Assembly: GCA_913052445.1 (NCBI GenBank)
Contig: CAJXDP010000001.1
Location: forward strand, 187,791-251,790
Source: an uncultured Formosa sp.
GTDB taxonomy: Bacteria; Bacteroidota; Bacteroidia; Flavobacteriales; Flavobacteriaceae
Direction of reading: 5' to 3'
DNA length: 64,000 nucleotides
Below the pieces are notes generated by a model that saw only the letters and a program-made list of their open reading frames with translations, ran no database searches and was not told where the DNA came from. This document shows, one piece after another, positions 41,998-52,359 of this stretch; positions within the stretch are counted from its first letter, which is position 1; every line of letters begins with the position of its first letter. The translations under genes and the position numbers were made by a program.

Positions 41998-42726
41998 TTA
42001 TTGTTCTGAATAATTTTTTGGCCAGTTTCCGTTAGTATTTACTTCTTCCATAGAACCAACTTTTAAACTTGGTCCATTAACACCTTCAACCGAAACCACA
42101 TCGGACTCTAAATCTACTAAGTTCTTATCTTGATCAAATAGAATTAATTTTTTAGAAACAGAGGCTTCAAAAACAGGAATATTAATACCATTTTGATCTA
42201 GAAGACCTGATTTTAATTCAAATAATTGATCTTGTTTACCAACTGGAACATTCATCATAGTTTTATAACGTGAATCAACTCCAAATAGTGAGTCTAATAC
42301 AGAAACAAACCCAAGCGTATCAACAATGATTATATCTTTTGTAGTATCAACTCCATATAATCGAGTTAATTCTTTATCGATTATAGTAGAATCTCTACGT
42401 TGTGTGATTGTGAATTTTTCATTTTCAATAAACTTAACTAAACTATCCCAGTTTCCTTGAAACTGTCCAGTAACAGATCTGTGAGCTAATTCAGCGTCTC
42501 TAATGTCTTTAAGGTTTTCAATAACAACCTTGTATCGTTTTTCTTTTAGTTGATTAAACTTGATTTCACCATAAACAGACATAAAGGTTATATAGCCTAA
42601 ATAAATTATTATTGCCCATAGCCCAAAAAGAATATAAGATTTATATTTTTTTGGGGTTTTTTTATCAATCAAATAAACAATAACAATTGTTAATACAATG
42701 ACTAAAATTACTCCTAAAATTACCAT
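41998..42726 (-). CDS. Hypothetical inner-membrane protein with a large soluble domain
   Basis: Two N-terminal TM helices, LKDIRDAE, C-terminal LKVGSM...NGNWP; TAGATTTG box at 42756-42763. Confidence 0.75.
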   Translation of the reverse strand: MVILGVILVIVLTIVIVYLIDKKTPKKYKSYILFGLWAIIIYLGYITFMSVYGEIKFNQLKEKRYKVVIENLKDIRDAELAHRSVTGQFQGNWDSLVKFIENEKFTITQRRDSTIIDKELTRLYGVDTTKDIIIVDTLGFVSVLDSLFGVDSRYKTMMNVPVGKQDQLFELKSGLLDQNGINIPVFEASVSKKLILFDQDKNLVDLESDVVSVEGVNGPSLKVGSMEEVNTNGNWPKNYSEQ

Positions 42727-42845
42727 AGTTTCTTTTCTATTAAATTAAACCATAACAAATCTACAATTTTTTTTTATTCAATAAAGTGAATGTTAGTAAA
42801 AATCATTTCTATATTTGAATAATTAATTCTCTGCACGATAACTGA

Positions 42846-44270
42846 ATGGATTCCAATGACTTTTACAATATACTGAAGAAAAGTTTTCCTTTTAATCCAA
42901 CATTAAAACAAAATATTGGTTTACAGTTACTTTCGAACTTCATTTTTAGTGAAGCTGCAAGTGAGCTTTTTGTATTAAAGGGCTATGCGGGAACCGGGAA
43001 AACAACTATAATAGGGGTTTTAGTTAAAAATTTGTGGCACGTTAAAAAAACTGCAGTTCTACTTGCTCCAACTGGCCGTGCTGCCAAGGTTATTAGTAAC
43101 TACTCTAAAAGCGATGCATTTACTATTCATAAGAAAATTTATTCTCCACGAGCAGAAAAAAATGGTAAAATATCTTTCATACTTGCCCCAAATAAGCATA
43201 AAAAAACATTATTTATTGTAGATGAAGCCTCAATGATATCTGATGTTTCTAACCAAGCTAAATTATTTGGAAGCGGCTCACTACTAGATGATTTGATTCA
43301 GTATGTATATTCAGGTCAACAGTGTAAGTTATTACTTATCGGAGATACCGCACAGCTTCCTCCAGTTAAATTAGATTTGAGTCCAGCCTTGAACGAGTCT
43401 AATTTAGAGCTTAACTATAATAAAGAAGTGATTCGTTTAGAACTAGATGAAGTAGTAAGACAGGAAGAAGGTTCTGGAATTCTATTTAACGCCACTAATT
43501 TAAGAGAGGCCGTTTCAAATTCTTATTTTGATTCTTTTCAGTTTAATTTAAAGGGGTTTAATGACATCGTAAGTCTCATTGATGGCTATGAAATTTTAGA
43601 CGCAATAAATGATGCTTACAATACACTAGGTAATGAAGATACGACTTTAATAGTTCGATCTAATAAACGTGCTAATTTATATAATGAACAAATCCGTTCA
43701 CGAATTTTATTTAATGAAAATGAATTATCATCCGGTGATTTTTTAATGATTGTGAAAAACAATTATTTCTGGTTAAAGCCAACTAGTGAGGCGGGATTTA
43801 TTGCTAATGGAGATATTATTGAAGTACTTGAGATATTTAGTATAAGAGAATTATACGAATTTAGGTTTGCGGAAGTTAAAATTAGGATGGTAGATTACCC
43901 TAAAATGCGGCCTTTTGAGACAGTTCTCATGTTAGACACCATAAAATTAGAAACTCCTTCATTACCTTATGAAGAATCTAATAAGTTATATCAAGAAATA
44001 TTAAAAGATTTTGAAGACGAATCATCATCTTATAAGAAGTTTTTAGGAGTAAAGAAAAGCAAATATTTAAATTCTCTTCAAGTGAAGTTTTCATACGCTA
44101 TCACTTGCCATAAGTCTCAAGGCGGGCAATGGGATACTGTCTTTGTTGAGCAACCTTATCTTCCAAATGGTATTGATCGTGATTACCTACGTTGGTTATA
44201 TACAGCTATTACTAGAGCAAAAGAAAAGCTTTATTTAATAGGTTTTAAAGATGATTTTTTTGAAGATTAA
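42846..44270 (+). CDS. SF1B RecD/Dda-like ATP-dependent DNA helicase
   Basis: GYAGTGKT, APTGRAAK, DEASM, GDTAQLPPV, YAITCHKSQG, YTAITRA. Confidence 0.9.
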   Translation: MDSNDFYNILKKSFPFNPTLKQNIGLQLLSNFIFSEAASELFVLKGYAGTGKTTIIGVLVKNLWHVKKTAVLLAPTGRAAKVISNYSKSDAFTIHKKIYSPRAEKNGKISFILAPNKHKKTLFIVDEASMISDVSNQAKLFGSGSLLDDLIQYVYSGQQCKLLLIGDTAQLPPVKLDLSPALNESNLELNYNKEVIRLELDEVVRQEEGSGILFNATNLREAVSNSYFDSFQFNLKGFNDIVSLIDGYEILDAINDAYNTLGNEDTTLIVRSNKRANLYNEQIRSRILFNENELSSGDFLMIVKNNYFWLKPTSEAGFIANGDIIEVLEIFSIRELYEFRFAEVKIRMVDYPKMRPFETVLMLDTIKLETPSLPYEESNKLYQEILKDFEDESSSYKKFLGVKKSKYLNSLQVKFSYAITCHKSQGGQWDTVFVEQPYLPNGIDRDYLRWLYTAITRAKEKLYLIGFKDDFFED

Positions 44271-44341
44271 TTATATACTGTTTTCATATATTTAATTTAT
44301 TAATTTTATGTAATTTTGATTGACAATCAATTTAGATTTCA

Positions 44342-45079
44342 ATGAAAATAATTGCTATGATTCCTGCTCGATATAGTGCATCCCGATTTCCGGGTAAACT
44401 GATGCAGGACCTTGAAGGTGAAAGTGTGATATTAAGAACCTATAAGGCTACCCTGAGAACTAAATTGTTTAGTGAAGTTTATGTTGTGACTGATAGTGGG
44501 ATTATAAGTCAAGAAATTAAAAGTAATGGGGGTCAGGTCATTATGAGTACCAAAGAACACGAATCTGGAAGTGATCGTATTGCAGAAGCGGTTCAATTAA
44601 TCGAGTGTGATGTAGTTGTAAATGTTCAAGGAGATGAACCATTTACGGACTGTGAAAGCCTCAAGAAACTTATTAATGTGTTTGAAACTGATAACAAAAA
44701 AGAAATAGACCTAGCTTCTTTGATGGTTCATATTTCCGATTCTAATGAAATTCAAAACCCAAATACAGTAAAGGTCATAGTTGATCAACGAAATTTTGCT
44801 CTTTATTTTTCAAGAAGCCCAATTCCATACCAAAGAGACTCAAAAGTTAATACCAGGTACTTCAAACATAAAGGCGTTTATGCTTTTAGAAAAGAAGCCT
44901 TGTTAGACTTTGCTAAACTTCCAATAAAAATGTTGGAGGACTCTGAAAAAATTGAATGCATCCGTTATTTAGAGTTTGGAAAAAAAATTAAAATGGTTGA
45001 GACGGATGTTCAAGGAGTTGAAATTGATACTCCGGAAGACTTACAACGCGCAAAAATTTTTTTGAGAGAGACTAACTAA
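44342..45079 (+). CDS. kdsB: CMP-Kdo synthetase
   Basis: [38 protein letters not shown]; TAATTTTG box at 44311-44318. Confidence 0.95.
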   Translation: MKIIAMIPARYSASRFPGKLMQDLEGESVILRTYKATLRTKLFSEVYVVTDSGIISQEIKSNGGQVIMSTKEHESGSDRIAEAVQLIECDVVVNVQGDEPFTDCESLKKLINVFETDNKKEIDLASLMVHISDSNEIQNPNTVKVIVDQRNFALYFSRSPIPYQRDSKVNTRYFKHKGVYAFRKEALLDFAKLPIKMLEDSEKIECIRYLEFGKKIKMVETDVQGVEIDTPEDLQRAKIFLRETN

Positions 45080-45090
45080 ATTAGTATATA

Positions 45091-45711
45091 TTGAAAAAAA
45101 TAGATTTAACGAATTGGAATCGCAGGCAACATTACCATCATTTTAATGCCCTTAAAGACCCATATTTTGCAGTTACCATTCCATTAGATGTATCCATTGC
45201 GTATAAAAAAGCAAAGGATAATAATCATAGTTTTTTTGCTGTTTACCTTCATGCTTGTATGATGGCAATAAATCATACCGAAAATTTTAAATATAGAATT
45301 ATCGGAGATGAAGTATTTGAACTAGATGTAATACATGCTTCTGCCACCATTTCTAGAGAGGATCATACATTTGGATTTAGTTATATTAATTTTTCGGAAA
45401 ATTTTGATGAATTTAATACTAATATTATTAAGGAAAAACAACGTATAAGAGAATCATCGGAGCTCTATCCCCCTTTGTATGGGTTAAATTGCATTCATTG
45501 TTCTGCTTTACCATGGTTTAGTTTTTCATCACAAAAAGAGCCTTTTTCAGGAGTTCAGGATTCTATCCCTAAAATAGGGTTTAGCAAAACCTATAAACAA
45601 ACAAGTAAACTCATTATGAATGTTTCAATTAGTGTTAATCATGCATTGGTAGATGGCTACCATGTTGGTCAGTTCTCAGAAAAATTTCAACAATTCTTGA
45701 GCATTAAATAA
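45091..45711 (+). CDS. Chloramphenicol acetyltransferase (type A)-fold acyltransferase
   Basis: W-x-R N-terminal motif (NWNRRQHY), SALPWFSF, catalytic HxxxDG (NHALVDGYH); TTG start. Confidence 0.85.
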   Translation: MKKIDLTNWNRRQHYHHFNALKDPYFAVTIPLDVSIAYKKAKDNNHSFFAVYLHACMMAINHTENFKYRIIGDEVFELDVIHASATISREDHTFGFSYINFSENFDEFNTNIIKEKQRIRESSELYPPLYGLNCIHCSALPWFSFSSQKEPFSGVQDSIPKIGFSKTYKQTSKLIMNVSISVNHALVDGYHVGQFSEKFQQFLSIK

Positions 45712-45740
45712 TTTCTCAACATACAAAACGTTTATAATTT

Positions 45741-46820
45741 ATGAGTTTCAAAAATTTTCCTATGGTTGCTAAAGTTATTTTTGGTCGAGGTAGTTTCAAT
45801 CAACTTGGTGAAATAATAGCTCCTTTGCGTAAAAATGAGCTAGCTCCTTTTATATTTTTAGTAGATGATGTTTTTGAAAATAAGTCATCCTTTTCGTCAA
45901 AAATTCCATTACTATATAGCGATCAAATTATATATATATCTGCTGATGAAGAACCCAAGACTTCTCAAGTTGATGCTTTAGTTGAAGAAATAATTTTAAG
46001 TACTAGCAACTTACCGTCAGGAATTATTGGTATAGGAGGCGGTACAATTTTGGATTTAGCGAAGGCAGTTTCATTGTTGTTAACAAATAACGGATCAAGT
46101 GAAGATTTTCAGGGATGGGATTTAATTAAGAACAAAGGAATTTACCATCTTGGTATTCCTACTATTTCTGGAACAGGTTCTGAAGTATCAAGAACTACGG
46201 TACTAACAGGGCCTACAAAAAAACTAGGAATTAACAGTGACTTCACCCCATTTGATCAGGTAATATTAGATCCAGAACTTACAGTAGGGGTTCCTAAAAA
46301 TCAATGGTTTTATACAGGAATGGATTGCTATATTCATTGTATAGAATCTCTTAACGGAAATTTTATAAATTCTTTCAGTAAATCATACGGAGTTACCGCT
46401 TTAAAGTTGTGTGAAGAAGTGTTTTTAAATTCATTGAGTCATAATGAAAGTCAAGATAAATTAATGATGGCTTCTTGGCATGGCGGTATGAGTATTTCGT
46501 ATTCTCAAGTTGGTGTGGCGCATGCGTTGAGCTATGGTTTGTCTTTTTTATTAGGAATTAAACATGGTTTGGGAAATTGTATTGTATTTGATCATCTTGA
46601 AGGATTTTACCCCGAAGGTGTTAGAGTGTTTAAACAGATGAAAGCAAAGCATAATGTTTCATTTCCTAAAGGAGTTTGTGCGAACCTTTCAGAAAAACAG
46701 TTTGACATCATGATTGATGTTGCTTTAAGTCTTGAACCATTGTGGGAAAATGCTGTAGGAAAAGAATGGAAGACCCAAATTACTAGATCTTTGTTAAAAG
46801 ATCTTTATTCAAAAATGTAA
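45741..46820 (+). CDS. kdnB: Iron-containing alcohol dehydrogenase family, KdnB-like (Kdo 8-oxidase)
   Basis: MSFKNF..IFGRGSF, GGGT, QGWDLI, PTISGTGSE, WFYTGMDCYIHC, YSQVGxxHAxSYGL, HGxGNC, as I recall from Shewanella KdnB. Confidence 0.82.
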   Translation: MSFKNFPMVAKVIFGRGSFNQLGEIIAPLRKNELAPFIFLVDDVFENKSSFSSKIPLLYSDQIIYISADEEPKTSQVDALVEEIILSTSNLPSGIIGIGGGTILDLAKAVSLLLTNNGSSEDFQGWDLIKNKGIYHLGIPTISGTGSEVSRTTVLTGPTKKLGINSDFTPFDQVILDPELTVGVPKNQWFYTGMDCYIHCIESLNGNFINSFSKSYGVTALKLCEEVFLNSLSHNESQDKLMMASWHGGMSISYSQVGVAHALSYGLSFLLGIKHGLGNCIVFDHLEGFYPEGVRVFKQMKAKHNVSFPKGVCANLSEKQFDIMIDVALSLEPLWENAVGKEWKTQITRSLLKDLYSKM

Positions 46821-46822
46821 AT

Positions 46823-47365
46823 ATGCAAATAATTTCAAAATTTATATACCATCGTCTATTGGGATGGAATTTTACTGGTTTCAATGAATTTAGTTCTGTG
46901 AAAAAAGCAGTTATTATTGCTGCTCCTCACACCAGTTGGCATGATTTTTATATTGGGGTTTTATTGCGATCCATTATCCAAATGCAAATAAATTTTATTG
47001 GAAAAGAGTCACTGTTCAGTCCATTAACTGGGTGGTTTTTTAGAGCACTGGGAGGCGCACCGATTAAACGCAATGGCAATGAAAATCAGGTAGATTCGAT
47101 CGCTAGATTGTTTGATAATAGAGAGATATTTCGTATGGCAATAGCTCCAGAAGGAACCAGAAAAAAAGTGGATACTTGGAGAACAGGATTTTACTATATA
47201 GCAAAAAAAGCCAATGTGCCTATAGTGATGATCACTTTTGATTTTAAAAATAAAGTGAATTGTATTTCTAACCCTTTCATTCCAACAGATGATATAGATG
47301 CAGACTTTAAGTTTATGCGTTCTTTTTTTGAAGGAATCAAAGGAAAAATTCCGGAGTACTCTTAG
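46823..47365 (+). CDS. PlsC-family acyltransferase
   Basis: HxxxxD (PHTSWHD), APEGTRK, GFYYIA. Confidence 0.88.
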   Translation: MQIISKFIYHRLLGWNFTGFNEFSSVKKAVIIAAPHTSWHDFYIGVLLRSIIQMQINFIGKESLFSPLTGWFFRALGGAPIKRNGNENQVDSIARLFDNREIFRMAIAPEGTRKKVDTWRTGFYYIAKKANVPIVMITFDFKNKVNCISNPFIPTDDIDADFKFMRSFFEGIKGKIPEYS

Positions 47366-48076
47366 TTATTCTTGCATTGTATGATAAACGTTTTGAACAT
47401 CATCATCTTCTTCAAGTTTTTCTAGTAATTTATCAACGTCAATTATTTGTTCCTCACTTAAAGGCTTTGTCACCTGTGGAATACGATCAAATCCAGATGA
47501 AAGGATTTCTATATCTCGTGATTCTAAAGCCGATTGAATGGCCCCAAAACTTTCAAAGGGAGCGTAAATTAAAATACCATCATCATCTGCAAAAACCTCT
47601 TCAGCTCCAAAATCTATAAATTCAAGCTCAACTTCTTCGACATCAAGCCCTTCAGCACTAATTCTAAAATTACAACTACGGTCAAACATAAAAACGACCG
47701 AACCTGAAGTGCCCATGTTACCATTACATTTATTGAAATAACTTCTTACATTCGCGACTGTTCTCGTATTATTATCAGTAGCGGTCTCTACTAATATGGC
47801 TACTCCATGCGGGGCATATCCTTCAAATAAGACTTCCTTATAATCCCCTTGGCTTTTGTCACTAGCGCGTTTGATAGCCCGCTCAATATTGTCTTTTGGC
47901 ATATTAACAGCCTTACCATTTTGAATAACGGCTCTTAATCTTGAGTTACTATCTGGGTCTGGACCACCTTCTTTTACAGCAATAACGATGTCTTTTCCTA
48001 TACGTGTAAATGCTTTGCTCATTGCTGACCAGCGCTTCATTTTTCTTGCTTTACGAAATTCAAAAGCTCTTCCCAT
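47366..48076 (-). CDS. yebC: YebC/PmpR family protein
   Basis: MGRAFEFRK, NMPKDNIERAI, EGYAPHG, TDNNTRT, DDDVQNVYH. Confidence 0.93.
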   Translation of the reverse strand: MGRAFEFRKARKMKRWSAMSKAFTRIGKDIVIAVKEGGPDPDSNSRLRAVIQNGKAVNMPKDNIERAIKRASDKSQGDYKEVLFEGYAPHGVAILVETATDNNTRTVANVRSYFNKCNGNMGTSGSVVFMFDRSCNFRISAEGLDVEEVELEFIDFGAEEVFADDDGILIYAPFESFGAIQSALESRDIEILSSGFDRIPQVTKPLSEEQIIDVDKLLEKLEEDDDVQNVYHTMQE

Positions 48077-48149
48077 AGGTTCCTAGATATTAAGTTTAAC
48101 AAAAATAAAAATGCTTGACTGAAAAACAAATATTATAAGACTTAATTAG

Positions 48150-48977
48150 TCAAATCATGTCGTCAAGAACTTCTTCACTCTTCATTTGAAGATGTTTTGG
48201 GAGTTTATTCTCTCTAGGCAGGACTGCTAGATAACGAGAGTTATTAGTAGTGTAAACTAGTTTATAACGAGTATTATTAAAATCCATTTTTTTGACGAGA
48301 TCTTTAATGAAATCATCGTGACATACCAAGTCAGAGCTTCCCAAGTGATAAATCCCATTTTTATTTCTGTTTATTATATAATGTAATTGTTGAGATACTT
48401 TTTTTGCTGTTGTAACGTTCATTATAAGGTTTGGGAATAACTCTATAGGCTCATCTAGTTTGAGTAGTAATTTAATTTCGTTGTTACGTGGGGATAGAGA
48501 TCCAAATACCATAGGCAATCTAATAATTGCGACCTTTTTGGTTGGTAGTTTTAGAAATAATTGTTCTAGGCGGATCTTTAAATGTCCGTATTTGCTGTTG
48601 CTAAGGGTAGTGTCATTTTCATAGCTTGGAAATTTGCTATAGGCATCAAATACATTAGCAGAGGACAAAAATATAACTTTGCAATCTTTTTCATGTGTGG
48701 TATACTCATAGAGATGTTTATGGGCTGTAAGTTGAGCTGAGAAGTTTCCTCTAAGTGATGAAATTATAATGGTCGGCTTAGATAGGTTTAAAATTTCAAA
48801 AATATCATCTTCTTCAAAATCATACTGAAAAAAATGGGTATTCTTTTCGTGCGAAATACAAGAAGTTCTATAGGTTCCAAATGTTTGAAAGTAGGGGTGG
48901 AGTTCTCTATAAATAGCACCACCTAAAAAACCACTAACACCAAGTATTAGAATCCGGTGTTTTTTTAATGTTGCCAT
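48150..48977 (-). CDS. RmlD-like extended SDR, nucleotide-sugar reductase family
   Basis: GVSGFLG, FLSSANVFD, YxxxK (YGHLK), GIYHLGS. Confidence 0.8.
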   Translation of the reverse strand: MATLKKHRILILGVSGFLGGAIYRELHPYFQTFGTYRTSCISHEKNTHFFQYDFEEDDIFEILNLSKPTIIISSLRGNFSAQLTAHKHLYEYTTHEKDCKVIFLSSANVFDAYSKFPSYENDTTLSNSKYGHLKIRLEQLFLKLPTKKVAIIRLPMVFGSLSPRNNEIKLLLKLDEPIELFPNLIMNVTTAKKVSQQLHYIINRNKNGIYHLGSSDLVCHDDFIKDLVKKMDFNNTRYKLVYTTNNSRYLAVLPRENKLPKHLQMKSEEVLDDMI

Positions 48978-48989
48978 AATTTAAACGCA

Positions 48990-50072
48990 TTATTTTTTAT
49001 AAAATGGAAGCTTTACGACTTTTGCAGATACCTTATGTTTACGAATCGCTACACGTATATCAGACCCCACTGTTTTGAAATCACTCGATACGTAGCCCAA
49101 GCCAATACCTTTTCCAAGTGACGGCGCCATAGTCCCAGAAGTAACGATTCCTATTTCGTTTCCTACGGAATCTTCAATTCGGTAGTCTTTTCGTGGGATG
49201 CCACGTTCCAATAACTCAAATCCAACCAAGCATCGTTCGGTACCCCTTTTTTTTTGTATTTCTAGAGCTTCAGAATTTGTAAATGATTTTGAGAACTTAG
49301 TCACCCATCCCAATCCTGCTTCAATTGGTGATGTTTCATCATTTATATCATTTCCGTAAAGGCAGTAGCCCATTTCTAGTCTCAAGGTGTCTCTAGCAGC
49401 TAACCCGATAGGCTTGATTCCATGTAAGTTTCCAGCTTCAAATACGCGCTCCCATATCTGCTTAGCTTCAGAATTTTTACAATAAATTTCAAATCCTCCA
49501 CTTCCTGTGTAGCCAGTTGCTGATATAATTACATCATTAACCCCAGCAAAATCTGAAATTTTAAAATTATAGAAGTCAATTTCTGATAGATCCTCACTTG
49601 ATAAAGACTGCATTGCTACCACTGCCTTTGGACCTTGAATCGCCAAGAGTGAGTAATCGTCACTTCGGTTAATCAGTTCTGCTCCAATTGAGTTTTTGGA
49701 AACAATCCAATCCCAATCTTTTTCAATGTTACTAGCATTTACAACAAGTAAATAAGACTCTTCTTTAAGTTTGTAAATAATCAAGTCGTCTACAATACCA
49801 CCAATATCATTTGGTAAACAGCTGTATTGTGCTTTCCCTATCGTTAGTTTAGAAGCATCATTTGAAGAGATGCTTTGGATGAGCTCTAAAGCCATAGGGC
49901 CTTCAATAATAAATTCACCCATGTGAGACACATCAAATACGCCTATCCCTTCACGAACAGTTTGGTGCTCAACAGTGACCCCTTCGTATTGTACGGGCAT
50001 TAAGTAGCCTGCAAAGGGGACCATTTTAGCGTTAAGTGCTTCGTGTATTGAATGGAGAGCAATCTTTTTCAT
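48990..50072 (-). CDS. gcvT: Glycine cleavage system aminomethyltransferase
   Basis: [37 protein letters not shown]; ATG 50072 follows TAAATTTG at 50096-50103. Confidence 0.96.
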   Translation of the reverse strand: MKKIALHSIHEALNAKMVPFAGYLMPVQYEGVTVEHQTVREGIGVFDVSHMGEFIIEGPMALELIQSISSNDASKLTIGKAQYSCLPNDIGGIVDDLIIYKLKEESYLLVVNASNIEKDWDWIVSKNSIGAELINRSDDYSLLAIQGPKAVVAMQSLSSEDLSEIDFYNFKISDFAGVNDVIISATGYTGSGGFEIYCKNSEAKQIWERVFEAGNLHGIKPIGLAARDTLRLEMGYCLYGNDINDETSPIEAGLGWVTKFSKSFTNSEALEIQKKRGTERCLVGFELLERGIPRKDYRIEDSVGNEIGIVTSGTMAPSLGKGIGLGYVSSDFKTVGSDIRVAIRKHKVSAKVVKLPFYKK

Positions 50073-50127
50073 AGTGAAATTTATTATTTTCAATACAAAT
50101 TTAAACAAAAATAAGAATTGAAAGCGC

Positions 50128-51423
50128 TTATAGTCCCGTTAAAAAAGCCTTAAAATCTAAGTAGTCATTAATTTGAGTAGCTACTTTGACTTTATCAATA
50201 ACTGCTTTAATTTGTTTTGGTAATGGAATATCAACAGCAACAACCTCTTTTACGATATCTAAAAATTTAGTAGGGTGAGCTGTTTCTAAGAAAACACAAT
50301 GCGCTTCAGGGTTGCTCTTTAAATATGATTTACTACCTAAATAACCTACAGCACCATGAGGGTCTGCAATATAGCCTGTGGTTTTATAGATTTCTTTCAA
50401 CGCTTCTTTCGTTTGTTTATCTGAAAAACTATAAGAAAATAGGTTTGACTTTAATGATTCAAAATCATTATTATAAATCGCTTGAATGCGAATAAAATTG
50501 CTTGGGTTTCCAACATCCATTGCGTTACTGATCGTTTGAACTGAAGGCTTCGGTTTGTAATCTGCGGATTTCAGATACCTAGTGACTACATTGTTCTCAT
50601 TATTTGAAGCAATAAAATGTTTTATAGGTAAGCCTAGCTTTTGTGCAATCATTCCAGCACATACATTTCCGAAATTTCCACTGGGTACTGAAAACACAAT
50701 ATCTTTATACTTATTTTTCAACTGTTTATAGGCAAACATGAAATAAAATAATTGTGGAAGCCAACGAGCCACATTGATTGAGTTTGCAGATGTTAGTTGC
50801 ATTTTAGAGGTTAGTTCTTTGTCTAAAAAGGCTTTTTTTACCATGTCTTGACAATCATCAAAAGTTCCCTGTACTTCTAATGCGGTAATATTTAGCCCTA
50901 AAGTTGTTAGTTGTTTTTCTTGAATGTTACTTACTTTTCCACTTGGATATAATATAACGACTTTTACGCCTTTAACTCCTAAAAATCCATTTGCAACAGC
51001 ACCGCCAGTGTCCCCAGAAGTAGCGACTAATACTGTTACTTCGTTGGAATTATTTTTATTAAAATACCCTAAGCAACGTGCCATAAATCGAGCTCCTACA
51101 TCTTTGAAAGCCATTGTTGGTCCGTGAAATAACTCAAGCGTAGAAATCGAGTCTGTCAGTTTGATTACTGGAAATTCAAAGCTCAAGGTTTCAGATACAA
51201 TTTTTTTTAAAATAGCTTCTGGAATCTCAGGACTTATGAACTGTTTAATGGCTTCATAAGCAATTTCATCATTTGATAAGGTTTCTATTGTTTCAAAAAA
51301 GCAGGGGTCTAATGCTGTTATGGTTTCCGGAAAATATAAACCTCTGTCAGGTGCAAGCCCTTTGATAACAGCATTTTCAAATGTAGTAGTGGGTGCTGCA
51401 TGATTTAAACTGTAATAATTCAT
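50128..51423 (-). CDS. thrC: Threonine synthase
   Basis: [41 protein letters not shown]. Confidence 0.96.
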   Translation of the reverse strand: MNYYSLNHAAPTTTFENAVIKGLAPDRGLYFPETITALDPCFFETIETLSNDEIAYEAIKQFISPEIPEAILKKIVSETLSFEFPVIKLTDSISTLELFHGPTMAFKDVGARFMARCLGYFNKNNSNEVTVLVATSGDTGGAVANGFLGVKGVKVVILYPSGKVSNIQEKQLTTLGLNITALEVQGTFDDCQDMVKKAFLDKELTSKMQLTSANSINVARWLPQLFYFMFAYKQLKNKYKDIVFSVPSGNFGNVCAGMIAQKLGLPIKHFIASNNENNVVTRYLKSADYKPKPSVQTISNAMDVGNPSNFIRIQAIYNNDFESLKSNLFSYSFSDKQTKEALKEIYKTTGYIADPHGAVGYLGSKSYLKSNPEAHCVFLETAHPTKFLDIVKEVVAVDIPLPKQIKAVIDKVKVATQINDYLDFKAFLTGL

Positions 51424-51431
51424 TTTTAATT

Positions 51432-52355
51432 CTAGTTTAGTTTTTTGATTCCTTCCATATTTATTTTAGAAACATATATATCAAACGGTATAGTATATTT
51501 TGCGTAAGCTTGTCTAACTGCTTTTTCAACTTTAATTGCAGTTTTTTGACTTTTACATAAACTAAATACTGAGGGGCCAGAGCCAGAAATCCCAGTGCTT
51601 AATGCGCCATGTTCCAATGCGGCCTTTTTGATGCTTTCAAATCCGGGTATTAATTGGCTTCTAAAAGGTTCTACGACCACATCTACTAACGAACGACTGA
51701 TTAGCTCATAGTCATTCGTATGCAAGCCGTGAATTAGACTACCAACATTGGACCATTGTGTGATAGCATTTTTTAAAGGAATATCCTTTGGAAGGATTTT
51801 TCTAGCATCAGAAGTTTTTATTTCAATCTGTGGATGTATAACAACAGCAAATAAATCCTCGGGAGTTGGAATTTGTAATATTTCTAAAGGATCTAAGCTT
51901 TTCACCAATGTAAAGCCTCCATATATAGCAGGTGCAATGTTATCTGCGTGTTCGCTCTGGCTTGCTACAGCTTCTCCTTTTATCGCAAAAGCAGTGAGTT
52001 CAAGAGGGGAGTAGGGGGAGCCCAATAAAACATTCATTCCATACACACTTCCAGCTGCGCTCGCAGAACTACTACCAACGCCACTTCCAGGCTTAATTTT
52101 TTTATAAATTTCAATCTCAAATCCAAAGTCAGGATTTGCAGCTTTATACATAGCCATTGCAGAAACACCAGCAACATTCTTATTAACTTCGTAAGGAAGG
52201 TCATAACCCTCAATTTTAATTATTTTAATGCCTTTGTTTGATGTTTTCCTAATGACCATTTCATCTCCAACAGAATCTAAACAAAAACCTAAAACATCAA
52301 AGCCACAAGAAACATTGGCGACCGTAGCGGGAGAAAAAAGTTTTATTTCATTCAT
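51432..52355 (-). CDS. thrB: Homoserine kinase
   Basis: PATVANVSCGFDVLG, GSGVGSSSAS, HADNIAP, ISGSGP. Confidence 0.95.
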   Translation of the reverse strand: MNEIKLFSPATVANVSCGFDVLGFCLDSVGDEMVIRKTSNKGIKIIKIEGYDLPYEVNKNVAGVSAMAMYKAANPDFGFEIEIYKKIKPGSGVGSSSASAAGSVYGMNVLLGSPYSPLELTAFAIKGEAVASQSEHADNIAPAIYGGFTLVKSLDPLEILQIPTPEDLFAVVIHPQIEIKTSDARKILPKDIPLKNAITQWSNVGSLIHGLHTNDYELISRSLVDVVVEPFRSQLIPGFESIKKAALEHGALSTGISGSGPSVFSLCKSQKTAIKVEKAVRQAYAKYTIPFDIYVSKINMEGIKKLN

Positions 52356-52359
52356 TTAG

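Noticed and set aside
45091-45711. Acquired chloramphenicol resistance cassette
   Set aside because: No IS, integron or compositional shift; it sits inside an envelope operon. Resistance activity cannot be excluded from sequence alone
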